Below, piece after piece: positions 21,891 through 32,154 of a stretch of 34,051 nt of DNA. The number at the start of each line of letters is the position of its first letter. Position 1 is the stretch's first letter. Made by a program: the position numbers and the translations under genes. This DNA is from Octopus bimaculoides. Lineage: Eukaryota. The stretch covers positions 45,108,504 through 45,142,554 of the forward strand of contig NC_068999.1 of NCBI RefSeq assembly GCF_001194135.2, written 5' to 3'. The notes below the pieces were generated by a model. It was given only the letters and a program-made list of their open reading frames with translations. It searched no databases and was not told the origin of the DNA.

Positions 21891-24104
21891 TATTTGCTTT
21901 TTTGTTTTTGCACAGCTCAATGTATCCTTCCACATCACCATTAATAGAATGAATGGTAAGGCAGGATTTGAGGAACAACCAGCCGTTTCTACTAACAAAG
22001 CAAGCGACTGCTTAGTGGCTTTCTCATTGTCTTGTAAGCAACGAAAGAAAGAAATGGTAGCAGTGCTGTTACCTAGTTCTGCCGCTCACTAAGAGGTCAC
22101 AGCTAGCTATTTCGTGTCTCACATTTAGAACTCATCAATTTTCAACTAAGAAAAACACAGATAAGTTTTACACTTTATAAGTATCTTAACACGCTAGGTG
22201 AATGTCTAGAAACATAAAGCCCAGTGTGGGAATCGATTAAATAAATTTAATCATGACAACAACACAAAAAGCTGATATAAAAATATATTCTCGTGTCTAA
22301 TAAGAAATCTCAAGTTCACAATAGCTCTCCATAGTCAAAATATTACTTTATGTAATATCAATGAGACCAAAAGTCTTAAAACTAATTTGCTTTGCCATTA
22401 TTCTTTGACATTGTTTTTCGTGAAGCTATCAATCTCACACAGATTATCACAACGCTGACATCATGTTTTTGGAGAGATTTATTTCAATATAATTAAGAGC
22501 TATGGACCTCAAATGTCATCATAAACAATACAGCCAATTTATACAACAGTCTCACATACGTGGATACGCAGATACACCCCCCCTCCGCCACACACACACA
22601 CACACATATATATATATAAAGATATCTCTCTCTACATCAATAGATGTCTATGATATGTCCTGATACTTGTAACTATATATAATTATGTACAAACATACAC
22701 ATAAAGATATAACTGCAGACTAACAAATATCTACATACACATACACAGATATATACATACATACATACATACATACATACATACACACACACATATATAT
22801 ATTTACATATTTGAAAATGATACACACACACACACACACACACACAAATACACCTCTCAGTAGCACAAATAAACATACTTTCATATGTGTGTGTGTGTGT
22901 GTTCTGCTGGTATATGAAATTATGTATGTCTCTCAGCGAACATTAAATCATGACTTCCTGTGTCTGTCTAACATATTTGTGTGTGTGTGTGCGTGTGTGT
23001 GGGGGTTTTGGCTTCATACTTTAGAAAATAAAATATTTCCAAACAAAAGAAGTATATACTGAGACACAGTTATATATGTATGTGTGTATGTATGTGTGCA
23101 TGTATATATGTATGTGCATATGTATGTATGTGTATATAGATATGCATGCATGTATGTNNNNNNNNNNNNNNNNNNNNNNNNNNNNNNNNNNNNNNNNNNN
23201 NNNNNNNNNNNNNNNNNNNNNNNNNNNNNNNNNNNNNNNNNNNNNNNNNNNNNNNNNNNNNNNNNNNNNNNNNNNNNNNNNNNNNNNNNNNNNNNNNNNN
23301 NNNNNNNNNNNNNNNNNNNNNNNNNNNNNNNNNNNNNNNNNNNNNNNNNNNNNNNNNNNNNNNNNNNNNNNNNNNNNNNNNNNNNNNNNNNNNNNNNNNN
23401 NNNNNNNNTTGGCTTCATACTTTAGAAAATAAAATATTTCCAAACAAAAGAAGTATATACTGAGACACAGTTATATATGTATGTGTGTATGTATGTATGT
23501 CATTATTCAGTTTATTTCAAGATTTCTTGCCAATAGAGAAAGAATCGGTTTGCTAACCTAGATCCAATGTTCCTTCATTGGAATTTCAACATCAACAACA
23601 GGGTATGTATGTATGTATACGTGCAGATTTATATGTTTTATGTATGTATTCTCATGCATATAGTTGCATATCTAGACATGCTCATACATATTTAAATGAT
23701 AAACTTCTGGAAAGTTTTACACATTTTTACAGTTCCAGTGATGGATTGGATCTGTAGTCTTCGAACTAGCTTTCTCCTGTCTTAATCATCACCATTATTC
23801 ACCAAACATTACAATTTCCACAAATGTATTAATTGTTGCTTTAAATTACAGCCAATAAACTCATAACTCGTTAGCAGCACAGACCAAATACACTAACAGA
23901 ATTGCTAGCTCTCTCTCCAAACTCACATATTCCATAAACACATCTGCAGGAATTATCGTGTGTCATCTTATTAAATTATTATCAAACTTTCTAACATCAT
24001 ACATCACCACTTCTTTTAGAGTTTGCAGGTATGACATGTCATAAAGAATTGTTCTCAGACACTTTGCAACATCTCCAAATATTTCATGCAACCATTAGAC
24101 CCCA

Positions 24105-24537
24105 GGCGCTGGCATGGCTGTGTGATTAAGAAGCTTGTTTTACAACCACAGGTCCAATCTCACTACATGGCACCTCGAGACCTTGAGCAAGTGTCTTCTA
24201 ATATAGCCCCATAATGACCAATGCCTCGTGGGTAAATTTAGCAGATGGAAACTGTGAGGAAGTCAGTCATATATATATAGGTTCAATCCCACTGCATGGT
24301 ACCTTGAGACCTTGAGCAAGTGTCTTCTACTATAGCTCCATAATGACCAATGCCTTGTGGGTAAATTTAGCAAATGGAAACTGTGAGGAAGTCAGTCATA
24401 TATATATATATATATAGGTTCAATCCCACTGCATGGTACCTTGAGAAAGCGTCTTCTATTATAGCCCTATGTTGACCAATGGCTTGTGAGTAACTTTAGT
24501 AGATGGAAACTGTGTGGAAGCTTGTCATATATATATA
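24105..24537 (+). mobile_element. SINE family 1 head followed by three tandem B-box-to-(TA)n units
   Basis: Units start at 24151, 24280 and 24417, each GGT(T/C)CAATC...GGAAACTGTG...TCATATATA. Confidence 0.8.
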
Positions 24538-24736
24538 AGGGTCTATAAAGGTCTTTGACTATTGTTTCTAGCAATATAGGTGCTACCCTACACCCTCAGC
24601 CACTGTTATTGAGAATTGAATTTTTCCTTTTTGTCTTTATGTTGCCTCTAGCTTCCTTCCTTATGTTATATATATAATGTACTGTTCTATGATAGCTAAG
24701 ATTAGTAACAGAGTATCTAATCTTTTTATTTACACT

Positions 24737-24872
24737 ATTTACATTTGACGGCAATTTGTCCTCATCTTGTTTGTTAACACAACGTTTCGGCTGATATACC
24801 CTCCAGCCTTCATCAGGTGTCTTGGGGAAATTTCGAACCTGGGTTCTCATTCCTAAGGTATTTTTTCAATGT
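24737..24872 (-). mobile_element. Short hammerhead-bearing repeat (Penelope-like terminal repeat-derived), copy 4
   Basis: (AAT)n-AACATTGAAAAAATACCTTAGGAATGAGAACCCAGGTTCGAAATTTCCCCAAGACACCTGATGAAGG...TGTAAAT. Same sequence as the copies at 1.8, 4.1 and 7.4 kb. Confidence 0.75.
24776..24821 (-). ncRNA. Minimal type I hammerhead ribozyme motif (intact copy of a dispersed repeat)
   Basis: Minus strand reads GACAC-CTGATGA-A-GGCTG-GAGGGTATAT-CAGCC-GAAA-C-GTT-GTGTT. Helix I GACAC/GTGTT, helix II GGCTG/CAGCC, loopless palindromic helix III (ACGT), GUU triplet. Confidence 0.7.
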
Positions 24873-25130
24873 TATTATTATTATTATTAATTATTATTAT
24901 TATTATTAATTATTATTATTATTATTATTATTACTATTTTTTTAATTTTATTTTATTTTTTTATATATAGTTTCAGCTTAGAGCTGCGGCTATGCTGATG
25001 CACCATCATTAAAACGTCAACTGCCGAGAGGCAGAATCGAACCTTGTCAAGCAAGGTTTTACGTTGCTATGTCTCTGTGTCTATACCCACAAGACCACTG
25101 AGGTAGTAGCTAATAATAATAATAATAATA

Positions 25131-25163
<33 letters not shown>

Positions 25164-25214
25164 CCCGCAAGACCACTGAGGCAGTAGCTAATAATGATAA
25201 TAATAATAATAATA

Positions 25215-25251
<37 letters not shown>

Positions 25252-25401
25252 TCATTGCCTGGAATCAAACTCTTGGAGTCAGTAGTTTGGCTGAACCCTT
25301 CAAAGCAGTGCCCCAGCATGGCCACAGTCGAATGACTGACACAAATAAGAAGTAAAAAAAAAAAAAAAAGGAAAGCAAAGTATAACAACTTGTGAAATTA
25401 C

Positions 25402-25549
25402 CTGGTGTCCTTCTCTTCGGTGACTTCTGGCAGGAGATCTTTGTCGACGTAGATGGCATTAGGGTAGTAGTATATGAGGAAGCGGTCGTCTGAGAGAGTG
25501 GCCAGCATGTTGCAAGAGTCGTTCCATGACAGCGACTGAACCATTGAGC
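25402..25549 (-). CDS. IFT80: IFT80 internal coding exon (148 bp, most 5' exon seen in window)
   Basis: Acceptor ctctcttccag| and donor |gtaatt. Translates (G)SMVQSLSWNDSCNMLATLSDDRFLIYYYPNAIYVDKDLLPEVTEEKDT(S), matching the IFT80 segment [40 protein letters not shown] as I recall it. Ends in phase 2 and joins the next exon in frame. Confidence 0.93.
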
Positions 25550-25996
25550 CTGGAAGAGAGAAGAATTATAATGTCTCAGAAGTCAACGACCATTACAGAA
25601 TTATCAAAGAAAATAAACGCCAGGTGGTGTTGATATAAATTGGTGTATGAGGTCACCTTTGACATTTGAAGACAAAGAAGGAGGAAGAGAGAGAGATAAG
25701 AAAGAAAAGAAAAACCAAAGGTGGGGGTAAATCAGTAGAAGATGGAGTAGGAGGGGGGGCCATGGGCCACATACCCCGGAACAAATGGTGAGCTCAGCCA
25801 TACCTTGTGGTTGACCGCAGTGGCATTGCCTTAGAGAAGGGCCAGTGCCGTTTGCTGCAGCAGCCGCTGTACTTTGCAGGGGCTCATTTTTTTTGACAGG
25901 CTGCCGTTGACCCTGTTTCACAGAGGAAGCCAGTAGTATGGGGTCCCAGAATACCTGACGTCTTGATGGCGACCCTGGTACAAACTGACAGCAGCC

Positions 25997-26143
25997 ACCT
26001 TTAGTCGAACAAATCGACCCCAGGACTTATTCTTTTGTAAGCCTAGTACTTATTTTGTTGGTCTCTTTTGCTGAACTGCTAAGTTACAGAGATATAAACA
26101 CACCAATATCGGTTGTGAAGCGATGGCATAGACATGCAAACAT

Positions 26144-26192
<49 letters not shown>

Positions 26193-26270
26193 ACGGGATT
26201 CTTTCAGTTTCCATCTACCAAATCCACTCACAAGATTTAGGTCGGCCCGAGGCTATAGTAGAAGACACTT
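25997..26270 (-). mobile_element. SINE family 1, 5'-truncated
   Basis: Reverse complement of the 19300-19570 segment, including the internal (TA)n. Confidence 0.8.
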
Positions 26271-26835
26271 TATTTGGTTGAACTCATGAACTCCTCTGGA
26301 ACAAAAAAAAAACCCTCACTTCCAAAAAACAGGTCAGGGTTGGCAACAGGAAGTGCATCCAGCTGTAAAAACCCTACAACAAAACACACTTCCATCTAAT
26401 TCATGCTAACAAGTTTTCCACACTAACATCACAAACAAAAAGCATTTAAACTGATTCGATCATAATTTCTAATAAACATAACATATGCCGTGTCATCATT
26501 TTCTCAGTAAATTTACAGTGAAGATGAAAAAGAATACTAATTTTAACAGAGAAGATGAAGACAATAACACATCCTTGTCTTGTTATAATTATTTTTCTAC
26601 ATATAATTATTATTCTCCAGGCTAATCACTCAAATAACCATCATTAATTAGTAAAGTAGAAATGAAATGCTGTTCAAATATTAATCAATAGCAAATATTT
26701 AAAGTAACCTGTTTATTATAGATGAGGTCAAATGCAAACAAAACTGATTAAGTTTTAACAGATAGACAAATCGATACACATATATACACACACAAATCAA
26801 TACACATATATACACACATATACACACATTTCTTC

Positions 26836-26886
<51 letters not shown>

Positions 26887-26936
26887 TCGTTTTAACATCC
26901 ACTTTCCCATGCTTGGCTGGATCAGATGGAATTTAA

Positions 26937-27064
26937 CCCTTTCAATACCAACCTGGTTGAAACTGCTTAATGATAACGAAGTTATTTTACTAAATTCTTC
27001 GTTATAGTTAAAATTAATTGAAAGAAACACAGAGCCTCTCAACAGAAATATGGTAACAAAAGAG
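26937..27064. mobile_element. piggyBac-like MITE family B, internally deleted copy
   Basis: TTAA-CCCTTTC...AAATATGGTAACAAAAGAG-TTAA. The 3' half matches 21580-21679. Confidence 0.7.
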
Positions 27065-27120
27065 TTAAGGGAGATCTTCTATGGCAGGATGCTTCTACTG
27101 TCACTAACCTTCATTGGATT

Positions 27121-27196
27121 ACCGGTCTGGGAATCGAAACCGCGATTCTCTGACCATGAGTCCGCTGCCCTAACCACTGGGCCATTGCACCTCCAC
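27121..27196 (-). mobile_element. tRNA-derived SINE head (separate family), not a tRNA gene
   Basis: Minus strand reads GTGGAGGTGCAATGGCCCAGTGGTTAGGGCAGCGGACTCATGGTCAGAGAATCGCGGTTTCGATTCCCAGACCGGT. A and B boxes are present but no matching acceptor stem. Confidence 0.65.
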
Positions 27197-27843
27197 ACAT
27201 GTATATATACACATGCATATATAAATATGGGTCAGCATGTAGCATGAATGGATTATCACCATTCTCACTTTCTTCTTTTCCCTTTTAATTTAATTTTATT
27301 TACTTATCCACTCTGATTAAGTTCCGTGATTCAAATGGCTACAATTAATTACTTACAATGATAACAATTATGATTATTATTATTATTATTGTGGTGGTGG
27401 TTAAGCCTTGGAATCATGCTAACAGAAACAGCTGTTAATTGGGATACTGTCTTTTTGTAATTAATTAATAAATGATAATTGATGTAAATCAATTGTTATT
27501 CATCAATTTTATCTCTATTTTTTGCTTTCCTTGAATATTGATAAACTTAGGTTTATTCTTATCATTGCCTATCATTTATGAGCTTTAATACCAATGCTCA
27601 TCATTAAATATAGGTAATACACCAATGGATTCATTGGACACAAGTAATCCTGGGACGGTTGTTATAACCTCTAACTTAACTTACCTATGTTTCATTTTAC
27701 TGGAAAGTAATACATTTTTATTTGTATTGCAATATTTTATTTTTCATTGAAAACTTTTTCACTGCTCTCGTTCTGTTAACGGCAAAGTATTCAGGTGAGT
27801 ATACTGGCATCGATGTAGCAATATTTGAAATATTGTCTAGGCA

Positions 27844-27916
27844 AATGCAGCTGATGAAGACTGATCAAATTTACGTTGACAAGCGTATTTGAAGAGTCAG
27901 AAACCGGTCCTGCATT
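27844..27916 (+). ncRNA. Type I hammerhead ribozyme motif with palindromic helix III and extended helix II
   Basis: Helix I AATGCAG(27844-50)/CTGCATT(27910-16), 7 bp. Core CTGATGA(27851-57). Helix II GACT/AGTC extended by TCAAA/TTTGA and TACG/CGTA. GAAA(27900-03). Helix III ACCGGT palindrome. GTC triplet with predicted cleavage after 27909. Confidence 0.8.
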
Positions 27917-27946
27917 ATCCGATTCTGGGTTGTCCATTTATCGAAT

Positions 27947-28125
27947 GTAAAAAGTGCCGGTGCCAACACCATGTGAAAGCACCCGGTACACTCTGTAAGT
28001 TGAATGGCATTAGGAAGGGCATCCGGTCATAGAACCATGCCAAAACAGACAAATGGGACCTGGACAGCCCTTGAGCTGGCCAATACCTATCAAACTGTCC
28101 AATCCATGCCAGCATGGAGAACAAA
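27947..28125 (+). mobile_element. SINE family 3, 3' half
   Basis: GGCATTAGGAAGGGCATCCGG...CATGCCAAAACAGAC...CCATGCCAGCATGGAGAAC. Confidence 0.7.
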
Positions 28126-28688
28126 CTATTATGTAGGCATAATTCGCCCTTGCTTTTCAATCTCAGTATTGAAACTACGTTTAGTACTGCTGTAGTACAC
28201 ATGCTGCGTACATTCCTACAACAATGTTTTCTTTATGTATTATAAAGGCAGAAGTAATTCTGCCTTCAAATTAGTCCTGTGCCTGTGTTTCGCTTATTTC
28301 TTTACGTGTTTTACTATATAAACATCACCAACTGCCTACCCTGAGTAATTACTGACAGTATGTGCCAGACATATGTGCATATTTGTGAATGTATATATAC
28401 GTCTGTATATGTGTCGATTTTCAATCTTATTTTCAACAAAGGATAATGAAAGCTTTTAATTTAGACCAGTCTTTAGGCATTTAATTAGTTGAAATGAACA
28501 GAGGGATTAACATTTTCCCAAACAAAGTCCAGCAATCTGTATTCTTAGAATCATTGTGAATCTGTCTGATGTGATTCTCTTTCTAATTCAGTTTCTTTTC
28601 CCCTTTAAACACTAACACCTCAGTATGGAATTAAATGTTTCTTATCTAATGACTTATTTCAATAGAATAACTCCTCGACATTCTTTAA

Positions 28689-28858
28689 CCCCTTGGCATT
28701 CAGATCACTCCGTCAAAAGTATTGCTTATTTCTTCAAATCGTTTTCAATCAATCATGCACTGTTGGGTAGCTTCAAGATTTCAATGATGAGATCGTTTAT
28801 ATTAACAATGACATTGTAGGGTAGGTGTTACAGGCTGAATCTGGTCAGTTTCAACATT
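28689..28858. mobile_element. piggyBac-like MITE family A, diverged truncated copy
   Basis: Starts TTAA-CCCCTTGGCATTCAGAT. Shares TGCTTAT and AATGACATTGTA(G)G segments with 21178-21385. No right TIR seen. Confidence 0.55.
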
Positions 28859-28928
28859 AAAACTGGTCAGAGATGGTCAGTTTAAATACTAAAGAGTCAA
28901 TGTGTTTTATTGCAGTGATTCTGCTTTT

Positions 28929-29055
28929 GCTCATGGTTCCGGGTTCAGTCCCACTGTGTGGCACCTTAAGCAAGTGTCTTCTACCATGGTCTTGTGCCAA
29001 ACAAAGCATTGCGAGTGGATTTGAAAGATGGAAACTGAAAGAAACCCATCGCATA
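28929..29055 (+). mobile_element. SINE family 1, 5' part running into (TA)n and a gap
   Basis: CATGGTTCCGGGTTCAGTCCCACTGTGTGGCACC...GGAAACTGAAAGAAACCC matches 19261-19380. Confidence 0.8.
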
Positions 29056-29451
29056 TATATATGTGTGTGTGTATATATATATATATATATNNNNNNNNNN
29101 NNNNNNNNNNNNNNNNNNNNNNNNNNNNNNNNNNNNNNNNNNNNNNNNNNNNNNNNNNNNNNNNNNNNNNNNNNNNNNNNNNNNNNNNNNNNNNNNNNNN
29201 NNNNNNNNNNNNNNNNNNNNNNNNNNNNNNNNNNNNNNNNNNNNNNNNNNNNNNNNNNNNNNNNNNNNNNNNNNNNNNNNNNNNNNNNNNNNNNNNNNNN
29301 NNNNNNNNNNNNNNNNNNNNNNNNNNNNNNNNNNNNNNNNNNNNNNNNNNNNNNNNNNNNNNNNNNNNNNNNNNNNNNNNNNNNNNNNNNNNNNNNNNNN
29401 NNNNNNNNNNNNNNNNNNNNNNNNNNNATATATATATATATATATATATAG

Positions 29452-30420
29452 AACAAATAATAAATGAGTATATGCATATATACGTACAGGTATGTGCATA
29501 CCTACATCTACCTGTATATATAGGTGCATATCTGGGTACAGGACATTGCAAACAAAACGTAAACAAGAAAATAATAATAACTAGAGTACAGAAAACGCAC
29601 AAGCCACATAGAGAACATTTTCCTTCATCAGCTACCCCCATTTTAACACCGGCGTTTCGAAGAGTTGGGCAGGATGCATCATTAAAACGGCTCTTCCCAT
29701 GGACCGCAAATTAAATTTGTATACACAAATTAAACCCATGCCATGGAGGAATATAGTGGCGGATAAAAAACAAGACAGGAAAACAAACGGAAAAGGCTAT
29801 GCGGCCAGACGTGAAAAATTATGTGTATATGAACACTGTGAGGCACGAACTGAAAGTAGGAACAAAGTAAGTTCACGTGTTTGCTCGGCAATAGCCAAGG
29901 AAGAAAAGGATTAGTGACCAGAAGCATGTGACCAGGTAGGGGTAAAGAAGAGAGAGAGAGAGTGGTAGAGGGAGAAACAAAGGGAGGAAGTAGAATAGGT
30001 GAGCAACGAGAGGAAGAGAGGAATATAGTAGTAACAGAAGGAAGAACGAGAGGGGTAAAGAGAGATACATAGTAGTAACAGAGGAAGAACGAGAGGGGGA
30101 AAAAGTGATAGAGAAAGAGATAGAGTCACGTCAGAAAATATAAAGTTGAAAAAGCTACTTACAACAGGGATGACGCAGGTGTTCGATCATGTAAAACAAA
30201 TAATAAATGAGTATATGCATATATACGTACAGGTATGTGCATACCTACGTCTACCTGTATATATAGGTGCATATCTGGGTACAGGGGAAAAAAATCAAGG
30301 TAGAAAATGCTAAAATAATTTTATAAAAAACATTTCAGTACCAGTTTCGGTCATTGAGACTTTTTCAACTGTAAGTATGGAAAATAAATAAATTTGGGAA
30401 AAATAAAATGAAAAGTATTT
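29452..30420 (-). mobile_element. Non-autonomous Penelope-like element with 91-bp direct repeats and decayed hammerhead motif
   Basis: Direct repeats at 29452-29542 and 30195-30285 with one mismatch. Abuts (TA)n. Decayed hammerhead-like motif at 30335-30371 on the minus strand. Right boundary approximate. Confidence 0.5.
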
Positions 30421-30494
30421 TAAAAGAATATTTGCATAGTATTCAAATTAAAGGGGCATTTTCCTTGTTTCTGCCTGTCTCTGTCTCTCTTGTT

Positions 30495-30516
30495 TATTCT
30501 TGTGGGTTCAAGGTCG

Positions 30517-30560
<44 letters not shown>

Positions 30561-30730
30561 TTGTCCCCCACCATCGCTTGACAACCGATGTTGGTGTGTT
30601 TACATCCCTGTAACTTAGCGGTTTCGCAAAAGAGACTGATAGAATAAGTGCTAGGCTTACAATTGAAGGCGGTGCTCCAGCATGGCTGCAATAAAATGAC
30701 TGAAACATGTAAAACAATAAAACAATAAAA
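30495..30730 (+). mobile_element. SINE family 1, 3' half
   Basis: (GT)n-TTTGTCCCCCACCATCGCTTGACAACCGATG...GGCGGTGCTCCAGCATGGC...AATGACTGAAAC. Confidence 0.8.
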
Positions 30731-31921
30731 GAACTCCTTTAGTCTTCATTTTTTAGTCATGTTGAAGGACACTTGTTCCCATGAAATCTCAAAGACTTGT
30801 CCAATATTTCCATCTTTCACTCAATAATCCAGGAGTTTCATTATCTCCTCTTACATGCAATCAATGCCTTGAATCTAATAAAACTTTCAGGCACAGGTGT
30901 AACTGTGTGGTAAGAAGCTTGCTTCTCAACCACTTGGTTCCAGTCACGGATGGAAGAGTTTTCTCTATAGATCTGCTGGACGAGGGCAAGCGCAGGGCTA
31001 AACAGAGTGGGGATAAGTTTCTTACACAGCTTAAAGAAACTGTGACCTAATAGCCAACTGTTAAGGGTCCACTGTTGTGACCATCACCAACGAATGTTAT
31101 CTGCTGCTGCTGCTGCTGTTTTTGTTGCTAACAAAGCCAGCATGGCAATGTAGCAATACAATATGAACATTGTTCCAACCGAAATCTTTATGCCATAAAT
31201 ACACGACTATTACCAAATTGGCACCAAGTCATTGAGAATATATAAATATACGGAAATAAAGAATAACAATTCTCAGAACCAAAAACTCAAACAAAAGAAA
31301 AGAAAAGAAAGAACAAAGCAAAAAATAAGTCAATAATGATAAAAAAAAAAAATAATAAAAATTTAAAGACAACAGCCACCCCCCACCCCCATTCCGGTCA
31401 GGTTGGAAACATGGAAATGACTGGTTGGTCAGGAAACGTGAGAGAGAGTATCGCTATACCATATTATTTAGTGATAATAGGAGAGACCCAAGCCAGGCCT
31501 ATGAAACTTTACATAATTGCTGTACACGACACATTAGTTTTGATTTAATGTGCAACATCGACAATAAAACACTCAGGATAACAATGATAGCTAAATTAAG
31601 AAAAACAACCCGCTCAACCCTACCCCACCACTGCGGAAAGCAAACAAAGAAAACAAGAAAAAAAACCCCCAGAAAATTGCCATACATTTCTGCATAAACT
31701 TGCCATCAATTCTTAGAAGACATTTTCTCATAATATATGTATGTGTGTATGTGTGTGTGTGTGTATGTGTTTGTGTGTGTGTGCACATGTATATACATGC
31801 ATGTGTGTGTGTGTGTGTGTGTGTGTGTACACATATACTTACATATATGTGTGTGTGTGAGTACAAATATATATATATATACATATATACATACATATAT
31901 ATATATATATATACACATATA

Positions 31922-32086
31922 TACAAGAATAAGGGCAGAGAATCGTCAATTAATAATAGAATTAACAATTAACAATTCTGCCAAGTAGTTCAGTATGAAA
32001 AAAACCTTTATCGGTAAGACTATTTATCATTATAAATATACAGGGATTAGCAATTGAGTTGCTTCTCCAACATACTGAAAATTTAG
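31922..32086 (+). mobile_element. (TA)n-associated repeat, copy 2
   Basis: TACAAGAATAAGGGCAGAGAATCGTCAATT...CAACATACTGAAAATTTAG directly after (TA)n. Near-identical to 13513-13691. Confidence 0.7.
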
Positions 32087-32154
32087 AAATAGCAGTCAAA
32101 GAACTACTGATTCCAAACTACAAATTTTCTCTAAAGTGGATGGCGATATTTATG

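Noticed and set aside
23640-24100. Possible LINE ORF2 3' relic on the minus strand
   Set aside because: It looks like decayed coding sequence, but I could not match any diagnostic motif.
1788-24821. CRISPR array or prokaryotic/mobile defence system
   Set aside because: The repeats are dispersed eukaryotic retroelement copies kilobases apart, with no regular spacers and no cas-like ORFs.
27121-27196. tRNA gene
   Set aside because: It has A and B boxes but no complementary acceptor stem. It is better explained as a SINE head.
29620-29710. Complete hammerhead (type I or II) from the GAAGAG/CTCTTC-GAAAC hairpin plus the nearby CTGATGA
   Set aside because: CATGGGA stands where CTGANGA is needed, and no helix I or NUH can be paired in either permutation. 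Kept only as half-motif relics.
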